From an uncultured delta proteobacterium (GTDB lineage Bacteria > Desulfobacterota > Binatia > Binatales > Binataceae), in NCBI GenBank assembly GCA_963747115.1, contig CAVVEB010000002.1:279672-343671 (forward strand): a DNA stretch of 64,000 nucleotides, given 5' to 3'. The notes below the pieces were generated by a model. The model saw only the letters and a program-made list of their open reading frames with translations, was not told the DNA's origin and made no database searches. Shown here one piece after another: positions 51,897-63,332 of this stretch. Numbering within the stretch: the first letter of the stretch is position 1; every line of letters begins with the position of its first letter. The position numbers were made by a program, and so were the translations under genes.

Positions 51897-52496
51897 CTAC
51901 GGGGTTCCCATCTGCGAGAGAATTTTCTGAGCTTCCGTGGAGTAGCTGGGATTCGCGGTATCAGCCGCGGCTTGATGAAGGTAGCGGAGGGCCTGCTCGC
52001 GGTCTCCCTGTTGCGCCATGATCTCGCCCAAGCGCAACGCCGCCATTGTCGAGTGCGGGTCGAGCTCGTAGGCCTTGCGATAGTAGGGCAGCGCCTCGGT
52101 GCTCCTGGGCGGCGTGAACGACATGTAGGCCTCTCCGATGTTTAGCCATCCGCTCACCAGGCTGGGATTGTACTTCACCAATTTCAGGTAGACCTTCGCG
52201 AGGTCGTCGAAATCCTGCTTGGAGTTGTAGTACATGCCGAGGTAGACGTACGGCTCTTCGAGCGTCGGGTCGATATCTGAAGCCTGCCACAATAGTTTGA
52301 CCGCTTTCTCGCTGTCGGTCATCTTGATTGCCGCATCGACCAGCGCGTGGGCTTTCGCGGCATTGGAATCCTGCGCGAACACGGGCCCGCTCGCCCCAGT
52401 CATGAGCGCGATGAGAAATGAAAATGCCGCTAAAAGCTTTTTCGCTGGCACATCAACGTCCACGAGTTCTCTGTTAAAATGGTTACATGAATGCAC
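51897..52496 (-). CDS. secreted TPR-repeat protein
   Basis: Signal peptide KKLLAAFSFLIALMTGASGPVFAQ, then TPR-like units (YVYLGMYYNSKQDFDDLAKVYLKLVKYNP, WLNIGEAYM, ALPYYRKAYELDP). The true start is probably internal, near 52460. Confidence 0.65.
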   Translation of the reverse strand: MHSCNHFNRELVDVDVPAKKLLAAFSFLIALMTGASGPVFAQDSNAAKAHALVDAAIKMTDSEKAVKLLWQASDIDPTLEEPYVYLGMYYNSKQDFDDLAKVYLKLVKYNPSLVSGWLNIGEAYMSFTPPRSTEALPYYRKAYELDPHSTMAALRLGEIMAQQGDREQALRYLHQAAADTANPSYSTEAQKILSQMGTP

Positions 52497-52534
52497 CGCG
52501 ATGCAAAGTTCCTGCTGAGATCGCTGGAAACCGC

Positions 52535-53350
52535 ATGACCGAGCGCAAATTCATCGTCAACGGCCTGAGGCTGAACTGCGTCGATTATGGCGGCGAGGGT
52601 AAGCCTCCGATTCTTTTCGTCCACGGTGGCTCGGCCCACGGTCATTGGTGGGATTTCGTCGGACCGCATTTCGTCGATCGATTTCATGCGCTCGCGATTG
52701 ACCTCCGCGGCCATGGCGACAGCGAGTGGCCTGTGGAATGGGAATACGGCACCCGCCATTACGTCGCGGACCTCGACGACCTTATCGGCAAATGGGGACT
52801 CGGCGCGCCGATGCTGGTGGGGCATTCGATGGGTGGTCACAACGCGATGGCTTACGCCTCGCGCCATCCCGACAAGCTTCGCGCGATGGTGGCGATCGAT
52901 TCGCCGGCCGATTATCCGGAGCGCGCAGTCGAAATGCTGCGTGGCTTTTCCGAGCGGCCGGGCAAGCGTTTCAAATCTCTCGAAGAGGCGATCGCTAACT
53001 TCCGGTTGCTGCCGCAAGAGACCATCGCGGCCAAAGAAGTCTTGCGGCATGCCGCACGCCACAGCTTTCGCCAGACGCCTGAAGGCGAATGGATTCACAA
53101 GCTCGATCGGCGCACAACGATTCGCGAACCGATCAATCTCGGCTCCGATCTCAAAAAGATCACCTGCCCCGCGCTCTACATCAAGATCCTCAAGAGTCCG
53201 TTCCCGACGCTGGAGCACGCGCGAAAGGTGGCCGCGATGATCCCGCGAGGCAAGTTCGCGGTGTTGCGCGATTCGTATCATCACGCGATGTTCGACAACC
53301 CTGCCAGCCTCGTCGCGATCCTCAAGGAATTCCTGAGCGAGATAAACTGA
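52535..53350 (+). CDS. alpha/beta hydrolase
   Basis: PILFVHGGSAHGHWWDF and nucleophile elbow GHSMGG. Confidence 0.85.
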   Translation: MTERKFIVNGLRLNCVDYGGEGKPPILFVHGGSAHGHWWDFVGPHFVDRFHALAIDLRGHGDSEWPVEWEYGTRHYVADLDDLIGKWGLGAPMLVGHSMGGHNAMAYASRHPDKLRAMVAIDSPADYPERAVEMLRGFSERPGKRFKSLEEAIANFRLLPQETIAAKEVLRHAARHSFRQTPEGEWIHKLDRRTTIREPINLGSDLKKITCPALYIKILKSPFPTLEHARKVAAMIPRGKFAVLRDSYHHAMFDNPASLVAILKEFLSEIN

Positions 53351-53356
53351 ACCAGC

Positions 53357-54187
53357 ATGAGCGAGCCTCGTAGCCGGTTTTCAAACAGCGGCCCGCGTAT
53401 CCATTTTCTGGAATGGAATCCCGCCGCGTCACGTACCATCGTCCTGCTGCACGGAAATTCTGCCAACGCGTGGTGGTGGCAATGGGTTGCCGCGGAATTC
53501 CCCAAACAGTTTCGTCTGCTCGCGCTCGATCAGCGCGGTCACGGCGATAGCGAATGGGTGAAGCCGCCGGCGTACCAGCCGCGCGACTACGCGCATGACC
53601 TCGCGCGCTTTGTTCGCGAGGAGATGCGTGGCGAGAAGCCCGTTGTGGTCGGCCATAGTATGGGGGGCATCGCTACGCTCGCATTCGCGAGTCTTTATCC
53701 TGAGCATGCTCGCGCCGTGGTTGCGATTGATATCGCGGTAGCCTCGACTCGAGGGCGCGATCGGTTTTTGCGGCGGCTCAAGGCGCTGCCGACCGTCGTG
53801 TATCCGGATCTGGATACCGCGAAGGGGCGCTTTCGCCTGATGCCCGATGAAGGCGGAATTCCGCCCGAGCGGCTGCTCGCGATTGCCGAGAAGAGTCTCG
53901 AGCGCACCGAAGCGGGTGGCTATACGCTCAAATTCGATCGCGAGAGTTTTTTCGGCGGTGACGGTATTCCGGTCATGGATACGATTCGCGAGCTTCGCGT
54001 TCCGACCTTGCTGGTACGGGCGCAAATGAGCAGGATCATGACCCAGGAAGCATCGGAGGCCGCGACCGCGTCGAATCCCAGGGTGAAGTTGAACGTGATC
54101 CCGAGTGCGCATCATCATGTCATCCTCGAAAAGCCGCGCGAGATGGCGAGGGTAGTTCTCGATTTCATCGAGCAACTCAAAAGCTGA
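53357..54187 (+). CDS. alpha/beta hydrolase (paralogue of the preceding gene)
   Basis: IVLLHGNSANAWWWQW, GHSMGG, and the same overall layout as 52535-53350. Confidence 0.85.
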   Translation: MSEPRSRFSNSGPRIHFLEWNPAASRTIVLLHGNSANAWWWQWVAAEFPKQFRLLALDQRGHGDSEWVKPPAYQPRDYAHDLARFVREEMRGEKPVVVGHSMGGIATLAFASLYPEHARAVVAIDIAVASTRGRDRFLRRLKALPTVVYPDLDTAKGRFRLMPDEGGIPPERLLAIAEKSLERTEAGGYTLKFDRESFFGGDGIPVMDTIRELRVPTLLVRAQMSRIMTQEASEAATASNPRVKLNVIPSAHHHVILEKPREMARVVLDFIEQLKS

Positions 54188-54195
54188 TCTATTCG

Positions 54196-55011
54196 ATGAG
54201 GAATCGGCTAATGGCGGACCAACAATCGAAGATCGCGACCGATAAGGAAATCGCAACTGCCGCGGAGCTCGTCGTGCGCGCGCGATATCCGATCGCGCTG
54301 ACCGGTGCCGGCATGTCGGTCGAGAGTGGTATTCCGCCGTTTCGTGGACCCGGCGGCCTGTGGACGAAATACGGCGAGCCTCCGATGAACAAGTTCCAGC
54401 TCTTCATGGCCAATCCCAAAAAGGCTTGGGAAGAGCGCGAGAGTAGCCGTAATGACGAACTGTTCAAGCCGCTACAGGTCGCGAAGCCGAATGCGGGCCA
54501 TCATGCGCTAGTGGAACTCGAACAAAATGGCGTGCTCAGATTCGTGATCACGCAAAATGTCGACGACCTGCATAAACAGGCCGGACAGAAAGCGCTCGCC
54601 GAGATTCACGGCAACTGGAAGCTGATTCGATGTCTCGATTGCATAGCGAGGTATCGGCATGACCAGGTGCGCCTCGAAGAGCTTCCCCCCAAGTGTCCCA
54701 AATGTGGCGGCCTGCTCAAGAACGACACGGTCTCCTTCGGGGAGCCGATCCCGATGGACGTGCTGATGCAGTGCCAGCATCACGCCGCGAAATCCGATCT
54801 CGTGATCGTCGCGGGAACTTCCGCCACCGTGTATCCGGCCGCTGGTTTCGCACTGGAAGTCAGAGAGCGCGGGGGGGTGCTGATCGAGGTCAACCTTTAC
54901 GATTCCGAGATCACCCGCTTCTGCGATATGAGTCTGCGCGGCGGCGCGGCGAACGTTCTGCCCCGCCTGGCGAAGGCGATATCGGAACGCCGGCGCGCGA
55001 TGCTGGCCTAA
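54196..55011 (+). CDS. cobB: NAD-dependent protein deacylase (Sir2 family)
   Basis: ALTGAGMSVESGIPPFRG, TQNVDDLH, Zn ribbon CLDC...CPKCGG, and VIVAGTSATVYPAAG. Confidence 0.88.
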   Translation: MRNRLMADQQSKIATDKEIATAAELVVRARYPIALTGAGMSVESGIPPFRGPGGLWTKYGEPPMNKFQLFMANPKKAWEERESSRNDELFKPLQVAKPNAGHHALVELEQNGVLRFVITQNVDDLHKQAGQKALAEIHGNWKLIRCLDCIARYRHDQVRLEELPPKCPKCGGLLKNDTVSFGEPIPMDVLMQCQHHAAKSDLVIVAGTSATVYPAAGFALEVRERGGVLIEVNLYDSEITRFCDMSLRGGAANVLPRLAKAISERRRAMLA

Positions 55012-55058
55012 GCGGCCGCTGCGACTGGCGATATCGCACCTGTTACAATGCGCATGCC

Positions 55059-55385
<327 letters not shown>

Positions 55386-55401
<16 letters not shown>

Positions 55402-56592
55402 GCATCTTTTCTCGCCACGCGATTTTTCAAAGGAATGGGCGTCAGCAGGCACTTGGCGACGCGCCAGAGGGCGGCCAGATCGCGCACGCCCACCTCGATT
55501 TCCGGCGCCATCGCAAGGGTGAGTTTCGGCGCCAGCTCGCGGACGAAGTTCTCGACCCGCGCGATGTCTTCGATCGAGCGCGCGCGATAGTCCTCGAGGA
55601 ACTCGACGATGCCATCGAGACCGGAGCCATTCTCCGTCTCTTTCTTCAGCGTGGCACGAAGCCTCCGAATTCCATTCATCGGCGCAGGCTCGACGCCCGG
55701 ATGCCGCATCACTTCCGACCAGGTTTCCTCATCGCAGAAATCGATTGATCACGATTGCGCTAAGCGTCAACCTCTGCGCCTCCATCTCGTCGATCAGCTC
55801 ACTCGCCCGCCGCAGCCGATCTTCTTCGGCGGTAGTGACGAGGATGAAGCGGACCCCGGGCGAGTGCAGCAGCGTTTCGGTCTTATGTAGCCGATCCACC
55901 ATCGCATCGATTGCCTCGGATGCCGCGCTGAAGAAATCCGAAATCGTCGAGAGCACGTTGCCGCCGGCAAAGCGCTCCAGCTCGCGAATCACGAAACGCG
56001 CCGCCTGATTCGCGATGCGCATCGCGATCCGGCCCGCTGATAGCGATGGCGTGAACAGCCATCGCGCGGTCCGCGAATCGAGCAGCCGCGCGAGGCGCGC
56101 CGGCGCCTGCAGGAATTCGAAGGCGTGCGCGGCCGGGGGCGTATCGACAATCTCGATATCGAAGGTGGCCGTCTGATGCAGGTCGTAGAGTTGTTGCAGC
56201 GCGGCGTAGGCCTCGCTACCCGCGTACTCCTCAGTCAGGCTCTTGTAAAACGGGTTGTCGAGAATCCTTTTGCGCGACGTCGGCGTCTTCGCGAACCGCT
56301 CCACCATCGCGTCCCACGCGCCTTTCACGTCGAGCTGCATCGCGGAGAGTCTGATACCCGGATCGAGGCCGGCGGAGTGCAGCGCGTGCCCGGAGATTCG
56401 CGTGGGAGTGCCGCCCAGGCGGCGCAGTCCGAGCGCCTCGCGCAGGCGTCGCGCGGGGTCAACAGTTATCAGCGCGGTGTCGAGCGGGATCGTGGCTGCG
56501 GCTAATCCAAGCGCGGCTGCTACGGTGGTTTTGCCGACACCGCCGGTACCGAGCAAGATGAGAATCGAGCCTCTTTTGAGAAGTTGTTTCAT
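55386..56592 (-). CDS. ArsA/GET3-family ATPase (single frameshift near 55734)
   Basis: P-loop ILLGTGGVGKTTVAAALG and ITVDPARRL. ORF 55729..56838 ends in INRFLR*. The next frame continues DEETWSEVMRHPGVEP...(ORF 55386..55712), giving the usual ~400 aa. Confidence 0.8.
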
Positions 56593-56741
56593 AAAATATC
56601 GGTAGTGCCGGTCGAAGTGGAACGATAGCAGGCGGACTACCAGTGCGCATCGCAAAAGTGTGTGTATGGCGCTAGACTCAGGCAGCTTCGAAGAATGCGT
56701 GAGGCGCGTTTCGATGCGGCGGGGTCGCTGGAGGTGATGCG

Positions 56742-58160
56742 ATGGAGTGGATGGCGGTTGCGGTGGTCGCGATCTTTTTCGGAATGGCGTTCGGGTGGTT
56801 CGTTGCGCAAGCACGCGCGCAGTCCGAAGCGGAATCAAAAGTCCGCGAAGCCGAATCGAGAATTCAGAACATCGATATCAGGGCCGATAAAGCGGAGGCG
56901 CAGGCTCATCAGGAGCGGGTCCGCTGTGAAGCCTTGGAAGAGCAGCGGATGGCGTTGCAGGCGCAATGCGACGGCCTGCACGAACGGCTTCGCGCCGCGG
57001 AAAGCGGCCTCGCCGAGATGCGGGCGCGCGCGCAGGAGACGCAAAAACGCCTTGAAGAAGAGCGCCAGCTACTCGCCGATGCCGAGCGGAAATTGGCCGA
57101 CACCTTCAAATCGATCGCCGCCGATACGCTGCGCCAAAGCACTGGAGACTTCCTCAAGTTCGCCGAAGAAAAACTCAAAGCCGTGCAGGATGTCGCCACG
57201 AAAGATTTTGAGGCGCGCGAGAAGAAGATCGACGAGATCGTCAAACCGGCACGCGACTCACTTGCGAAACTCGACGAAGAAATTCGCAAGATGGAAAACG
57301 AGCGGCGCGGCGCGGAAGGGCAGCTCACCGAACAGCTTCGCAGCTTGAACTCGCAAACCACCAAGCTGTTCGACGCGCTCAAGACGCCGTCGGTGCGCGG
57401 CCGCTGGGGCGAGATTCAACTGAAGCGGGTGGTCGAGATCGCGGGGATGGTGGAACACTGCGACTTCTTCGAGCAGGAAACGCAATCGACCGAGAGCGGC
57501 CGCTCGCGCCCCGATCTGCGCATTCAGTTGCCCGGCATGAGGAACGTGGTCGTCGACTCGAAGGTGCCCCTCAAGGCTTACCTCGAAGCGATGGAGTCCG
57601 CAGACGAATCGGCGCGCGGGGCGAAGCTGTCCGAGCACGCCAATCAAATCCGTACCCATATCTCGCAGCTCAGTTCCAAGACCTATTGGGACGCGTGCAA
57701 ACCTACGCCGGAATTCGTGGTGCTGTTTCTGCCGGGCGAAATGTTTTTCAGCGCGGCGCTCCAACACGATGCGGGGCTGATCGAAGACGCGGCCGCTAAA
57801 AAGGTTATCCTCGCGACGCCGACCACGCTGATCGCGCTGCTTAAAGCAGTCTCGTACGGGTGGCGTCAGGAGCAGCTCGCGGAAAACGCCGAGCGTATCA
57901 GCGAGCTGGGGCAGGAGTTGCACGAGCGAATCGCGACCATGGCGTCATACCTCGCGCGGCTGGGTGGCGCGCTTGGAAAAGCAGTTGACGAATTCAACAA
58001 CACCGCGCGTTCGATGGAGACGCGGGTACTGGTCAGCACGCGGCGTTTCAAGGAACTTGGCGTCGCGAGCAAGAGAGAAATCGAGGAGTTGCAGATCATC
58101 GAGCCGGCGCCGAGGAAGTTGGTGCTGCTTGCCGCGAATGGCGACAGCGACTGCGGCTGA
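56742..58160 (+). CDS. rmuC: DNA recombination protein RmuC
   Basis: N-terminal TM, a long coiled coil, then RGRWGEIQLKRVVEIAGM...PDLRIQLPG...VVDSKVPL and FVVLFLPGE motifs. Confidence 0.9.
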   Translation: MEWMAVAVVAIFFGMAFGWFVAQARAQSEAESKVREAESRIQNIDIRADKAEAQAHQERVRCEALEEQRMALQAQCDGLHERLRAAESGLAEMRARAQETQKRLEEERQLLADAERKLADTFKSIAADTLRQSTGDFLKFAEEKLKAVQDVATKDFEAREKKIDEIVKPARDSLAKLDEEIRKMENERRGAEGQLTEQLRSLNSQTTKLFDALKTPSVRGRWGEIQLKRVVEIAGMVEHCDFFEQETQSTESGRSRPDLRIQLPGMRNVVVDSKVPLKAYLEAMESADESARGAKLSEHANQIRTHISQLSSKTYWDACKPTPEFVVLFLPGEMFFSAALQHDAGLIEDAAAKKVILATPTTLIALLKAVSYGWRQEQLAENAERISELGQELHERIATMASYLARLGGALGKAVDEFNNTARSMETRVLVSTRRFKELGVASKREIEELQIIEPAPRKLVLLAANGDSDCG

Positions 58161-58162
58161 AA

Positions 58163-59338
58163 CTACTGCAGCTCGGCGTCCGAAGGTGGCGGAGGTTTAA
58201 GCTGGCTGCGCTCGCGGCCCTCCTCGATCCACGAGGTCACTTCCCGGCGTTCACGTTTGAGGAAATCTCCCACCGCCTTTGCGAGTCCGGGATGCACGAG
58301 GAAATGCATGCTGCGGGTTAGCGCGGGATCGAATCCGCGCAGCCATTTGTACTCGCCGCCGGCGCCCGGTTCGAAGCGCGTAAGGCCGCGCTCGATGCAG
58401 TGTTCGATGCCGGCGTAATAGCAGACGTTGAAATGCAGGAATTTGAAATCCTCGAAACATCCCCAGTAACGGCCGTAGAGCACGCCGGCTTTTTCGAGGC
58501 AGAAGGTTCCCGCGATCAATTCGCGTTCTTTGTACGCTAGCCCGAAACATACGAAACGTTTGAAGTCATCGCGAATCAGCTCGAAAAACTGCGGAGTGAG
58601 ATATTGCCGTCCCCAATAGAGCTTCTCGATGGTCGAGAGGTAGAGACGATACATCGGGGCGAACAGGGAATTCGGAATCTCGCTGCCGGTAAGTACCTTC
58701 ACTTCAATGCCTTGCTCTTCGAGCGCGCCTCGCTCGTGACGAACCGCGGTGCGCCGCTTGTGTTTGAGGCGTGCAAGATAGTCGTCGAAGGTTTGGAATC
58801 CAGCGTTATGCCAATGGTATTGGTAGCCAAGACGTTCCTGGAATCCAAGTTCTGCCAGCTCCGCGGCTTCGTCGGCTTCGCAAAAGGTAACGTGTGCCGA
58901 AGATACTTTATTTTCCGCGCACACATTTATCAGTGCGCGGCCCAGCGCGGCGATCAATTGAGGACGGTTCGCATTGAGCGCGGTGAGAAAGCGCCTACCG
59001 GTGTGAGGCGTGAAGGGAACGCCGACCAGCAGCTTCGGGTAGTATCTGAGACCGGCGCGTCCCGCAGCGTCGGCCCATCCGTGGTCGAATACGAACTCAC
59101 CCATGCTGTGGGTTTTCAGATAAAGCGGGCACGCCGCGACGATTTGTTTTCGGTCGCCGTCACGAAGGATCAAGTGATAGGGCGCCCATCCGGTGCTGCG
59201 GGTCGCGCTTCTCGAGGCTTCCATCGCATGCAGCCACGACCAATCCACGAATGGCGAATCGGTCTCGTTGACGAGCGCGTTCCAATCCTCGCGCGCAATC
59301 TTTGCGATACCTTCAACAACAGATACTTCCAGCCGCAT
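58163..59338 (-). CDS. FemAB-like GNAT-fold protein (DUF482 family)
   Basis: WNALVNETDSPFVDWSWLHAMEAS...GWAPYHLILRD...PLYLKTHSMGEFVFDHGWADAA and YYAGIEHCIERGLTRFEPGAGGEYK match the DUF482 pattern. Confidence 0.75.
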   Translation of the reverse strand: MRLEVSVVEGIAKIAREDWNALVNETDSPFVDWSWLHAMEASRSATRSTGWAPYHLILRDGDRKQIVAACPLYLKTHSMGEFVFDHGWADAAGRAGLRYYPKLLVGVPFTPHTGRRFLTALNANRPQLIAALGRALINVCAENKVSSAHVTFCEADEAAELAELGFQERLGYQYHWHNAGFQTFDDYLARLKHKRRTAVRHERGALEEQGIEVKVLTGSEIPNSLFAPMYRLYLSTIEKLYWGRQYLTPQFFELIRDDFKRFVCFGLAYKERELIAGTFCLEKAGVLYGRYWGCFEDFKFLHFNVCYYAGIEHCIERGLTRFEPGAGGEYKWLRGFDPALTRSMHFLVHPGLAKAVGDFLKRERREVTSWIEEGRERSQLKPPPPSDAELQ

Positions 59339-59399
59339 ACTTCGTTGACGATGCCCCCGTCTGCTATTCTATAGATGTGGAACGCGGGTCGGTAAGCGT

Positions 59400-59777
59400 A
59401 TGAATCCTGACGAAATCACGCGCCTCCTAGCAAGAGCCAACAGCGACGATGTCGAGGATCGCGGGGGCGACAATGGCAATGAAACTGTCGTCGAGCGCCG
59501 CACCAAAACCCAATCCAAAACCCGGCGTCCGCCGATGTATAAGGTGATCCTGCTCAACGATGATTACACTCCGATGGAGTTCGTCGTCGACTTGCTCAAA
59601 ACCGTTTTCCACAAGCCACATGCCGAGGCGACCAAAATCATGCTCTGGGTGCATCAGAACGGAATGGGCATCGCCGGGGTTTATCCTTTCGAGATCGCGG
59701 AAACCAAAGTTCACACAGTGGAGGAACTCGCGCGCGAGTCGCAGTATCCGCTGAAGTGTGTAATGGAAAAGGAGTAA
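59400..59777 (+). CDS. clpS: ATP-dependent Clp protease adapter ClpS
   Basis: [29 protein letters not shown]...[27 protein letters not shown]. Confidence 0.92.
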   Translation: MNPDEITRLLARANSDDVEDRGGDNGNETVVERRTKTQSKTRRPPMYKVILLNDDYTPMEFVVDLLKTVFHKPHAEATKIMLWVHQNGMGIAGVYPFEIAETKVHTVEELARESQYPLKCVMEKE

Positions 59778-59823
59778 AGCGCCGCCACCGGCTGACGCGA
59801 TACAAATGGCATCAGGAAATATA

Positions 59824-62117
59824 ATGCTCACGCGCGAGTTGCAGGTCACTCTGCAGCTTGCCGTTACCGAGGCGGTCAATCGCCGTCACGAATATGTTTG
59901 CCTGGAGCACCTGCTGTACGCGATGCTCCACGATGTTACGGCCAGTAACATCCTGCAACATTCTGGCGCCGAAATCGAAGAATTAAAACGCAAGCTGACG
60001 CGCTACCTCGACGAGCAGGTCGAGCGGATGCCGAAGGGCGGTACTGTTATGCCCCGCTATGCCGTCGGCGTGCAGCGCGCGCTGCAACGGGCCGCGCTCC
60101 ACGTGCAGTCCTCGGGCCACAACGAGATCAACGGCGGCAACGTTTTGGTCGCGATGTTTCATGAGACCGAATCGCCCGCTTTCTTTTTTCTCCAGGAACA
60201 GGGCGTTTCGCGCTTCGACGTGATCAATTTCATTTCGCACGGCGTCTCAAAGATTGCCGCTAGCGAAGAACCTGACTCCGCGGACGCGGAAGAAGGCGGA
60301 CGCGAGAGTGAAGGCGACGAAGAAGGCGACCGGAAAGTCTCGCCCTCGAAGGCGCTGAAAACCTTCGCGGTTAATCTGACCGAACGCGCCGCCCAAGGAA
60401 AAATCGATCCGTTGGTGGGACGCGAGAAAGAACTCGAGCGCGCGATTCATGTGCTGCTGCGCCGGCGCAAAAACAATCCGATTTTCGTTGGCGAGGCCGG
60501 AGTGGGCAAAACCGCGCTCGCGGAAGGACTCGCGCTCGCCGTGCACCACGGCAAAGTTCCCGACGCGCTCAAGGGTGTCGAGATCTATGCCCTCGACATG
60601 GGCGCGCTGCTCGCGGGCACCCGCTTCCGGGGCGATTTCGAGCAGCGCCTCAAAGCCGTGATCAAGGCGGTGGTTGGCAATAGCAAACGGATCCTCTTTG
60701 TCGATGAGATTCACACTATCGTGGGGGCCGGCTCGGCCTCGGGCAGTACGATGGACGCGTCGAACCTGCTCAAGCCAGCGCTGGCGTCGGGCGAACTGCG
60801 ATGTATCGGATCGACCACCTACCAGGAATACAAGCGCTCGTTCGATCGTGATAAGGCCTTGGCGCGGCGCTTTCAGCGAATCGACGTGAACGAGCCTACG
60901 CAGAACGAAACTATCGAGATTCTGAACGGGCTCAAATCATATTATGAGAAACATCACAATGTGAAATACACCGCGGCTGCGCTTCGGGCCTCGGTCGAGC
61001 TGTCGGCGCGATACATCAACGATCGATATCTGCCGGACAAGGCGATCGATGTTGTCGACGAAGCTGGCGTCGCAGCACATCTGCGCGGCAAGGGTAAGAA
61101 AGAGTCTGAAACAGTCGGACTGCGCGATGTCGAACGCACGATCGCACGGATGGCCAAAATACCGGAGCGGACGGTATCGGCGACCGATCGCGAGCGGTTG
61201 CAGAATCTCGAAACCGAGCTCGGGCAGGTCGTTTACGGTCAGGATCCGCGCTGCAGGCGGTAGCACGCGCGATCAAATTAGCCAGGTCGGGTCTCGCGCA
61301 TCCCGATAAACCGGTCGGCGCCTTCCTGTTCGCCGGACCAACCGGCGTCGGCAAGACCGAGGTCGCGCGCCAGCTCGCCAAGGTAATGGGGATCGAGTTC
61401 CTCCGTTTCGACATGAGCGAGTACATGGAGCGTCACACGGTCTCGCGGCTGATCGGCGCGCCACCTGGATACGTGGGCTTCGATCAGGGTGGGCTGCTGA
61501 CCGACGCGATCAACAAGACGCCACACTGCGTGCTGCTGCTCGACGAGATCGAGAAAGCTCATCCCGACCTCTTCAATATCCTGCTCCAGGTGATGGATCA
61601 TGCCACGCTGACCGACAACAACGGGCGCAAGGCCGACTTTCGCAACGTAGTGCTGGTAATGACCACCAACGCGGGAGCCCAGGAACTGGCGCGCTCAATG
61701 ATCGGATTTCAAAGTGGAACCAGTGGCAGCCCGAAAAACATTATCGAGCGGATGTTCAGTCCGGAATTTCGCAACCGGCTTTCGGCGGTTATTGACTTCG
61801 CACCGCTGAGTCCGGCTGTCGTGGAACGCGTGGTTGATAAATTTCTCGGCGAGCTTTCGGATCGGCTGAAGGCGCAGAAGGTAAAGCTCGAGGTCACGGA
61901 CAAGGCGCGAAAGTGGCTGGCCGAGCGCGGTTACGACCCGCGATTTGGCGCGCGTCCATTGGGACGGCTCATCGAGACCGAGATCGCACGCGCTCTCGCC
62001 GACGAAGTGCTATTCGGCCGCCTCAAGAAGGGCGGCATTGCGGTGGTCGGGCTCGAGAGCGATAAGCTGAGTTTCTCATATAGAGAGACCCGGGAGACTG
62101 CGGCCGCTGACGCTTAA
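59824..62117 (+). CDS. clpA: ATP-dependent Clp protease ATP-binding subunit ClpA (single frameshift near 61246)
   Basis: Clp_N domain, D1 Walker A GEAGVGKTA, then after the frame change D2 FAGPTGVGKTEVARQLA, LLLDEIEKAHPD and GARPLGRLI. ORFs 59806..61263 and 61386..62117 join via GQD-ALQAVARAIKLARSGL. Confidence 0.92.
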
Positions 62118-62152
62118 GTCGCTGTCCGGAAAACAGACATTCTGCACAAATT

Positions 62153-62184
62153 GGGGCGGCTAACGAGCCGCCCTTCCTTTTTTC
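62153..62184 (+). terminator. rho-independent terminator after clpA
   Basis: GGGGCGGC-TAACGA-GCCGCCC, followed by TTCCTTTTTTCC. Confidence 0.75.
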
Positions 62185-62233
62185 CTGCCGTGACAGTTGT
62201 TAAAGGTGATCGCAGCGGGAAGGTTTCGACTAG

Positions 62234-63265
62234 ATGGCTCTCGAATACGAAATCCGGGACGAGGCGTTGCTTTGGATCAAAAATCCGATCACCGGCGTCA
62301 TTTCGTATGTGGTTGATTTGCGCGGAAAAAGTTTCGCGTTCACGCTCGGCGGCCGGGAGCATCATCCGACCGACGCCGCACCGATGGACGACGCTGCGAT
62401 TCGTCACGCCATAACGAGTTGTCCTTTCTGCCCGGGCAACGAGAGCCAGACGACCGCCGAACTTTTCCGCGTCACGCGCGATGAGATGCCGCACTGGAGT
62501 GGCGACGGCGCGGTCGAAGACCGCGGGTGGGTTATCCGCGCGATCAACAATCTGTTCCCGCGCATTCCGGCGGAACTCACCGGCGATCGAAACGAATCGT
62601 ACGTCGTGATCGAGGACCCGCGTCACTTCGTCGACGCACCACGCGCGCAATCGGATCTCACTTATACCGGGATGCTGGGGGAAGAACACTTCGTCAGGTT
62701 GATTGCCACCGACACCCGCGTGATGCGCTACGCAATGGAGAATCGCAAGGTCAAATCCGTAGTGGTTCGAAAAAATCAGGGCCGCGAGTCCGGTGCGTCG
62801 CAGCCGCATGTCCATCAGCAGATAATCGGATCGCCTCGTTCGCTTCCGGTGATCGAACAGGAAGCGATCGCCGCGCGCGAGAGCCCCGATCTGTTTAACG
62901 AACTGATAGCGCTACTCGAACGGCTCAATCTCATAATCGACGATCGCGGCGGCGTCGTTACCTACGCGAGTCCGATCGGTCTGTTCCCGCGGAGTTACGA
63001 CGTCGTGATGAAAGACCATCTCGGACTGTTGACCGATCTCGACGATCATCAGCTCGGCGAGTTCGCGCGAGCGCTGTTTCGAATCTTGCGAGTACTGGGC
63101 CCGTTGCCGCTCGACTACGAGATCCATCAGGGCGAAGGTCTTCCGCTCCACGCGCATATCAACGCGCGCCTGTACCCGTATTCGAATGTTGCCGGGACGC
63201 TGAACATTCCGAGCACCCTGTTGCAGAGCGCGCTCGCTCTGCGCAAGGCGCAGCACCGCGGCTGA
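62234..63265 (+). CDS. GalT-like HIT-superfamily nucleotidyltransferase (galactose-1-phosphate uridylyltransferase / ADP-glucose phosphorylase-like)
   Basis: N-terminal Zn motif CPFCPGNE and histidine triad-like SQPHVHQQIIG. 343 aa. Confidence 0.65.
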   Translation: MALEYEIRDEALLWIKNPITGVISYVVDLRGKSFAFTLGGREHHPTDAAPMDDAAIRHAITSCPFCPGNESQTTAELFRVTRDEMPHWSGDGAVEDRGWVIRAINNLFPRIPAELTGDRNESYVVIEDPRHFVDAPRAQSDLTYTGMLGEEHFVRLIATDTRVMRYAMENRKVKSVVVRKNQGRESGASQPHVHQQIIGSPRSLPVIEQEAIAARESPDLFNELIALLERLNLIIDDRGGVVTYASPIGLFPRSYDVVMKDHLGLLTDLDDHQLGEFARALFRILRVLGPLPLDYEIHQGEGLPLHAHINARLYPYSNVAGTLNIPSTLLQSALALRKAQHRG

Positions 63266-63269
63266 CGAT

Positions 63270-63332
63270 TTACTCGCCGCGCCACACCGGCTTTCGCTTC
63301 TCGAGGAATGCGCGCGGACCTTCCTTGGCATC
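63270..63332 (-). pseudogene. 20-codon C-terminal remnant of an enoyl-CoA hydratase (crotonase) gene
   Basis: The minus strand reads DAKEGPRAFLEKRKPVWRGE-stop, a typical crotonase C-terminus. An in-frame TAA immediately precedes it (63333-63335) and no further similarity follows. Confidence 0.5.
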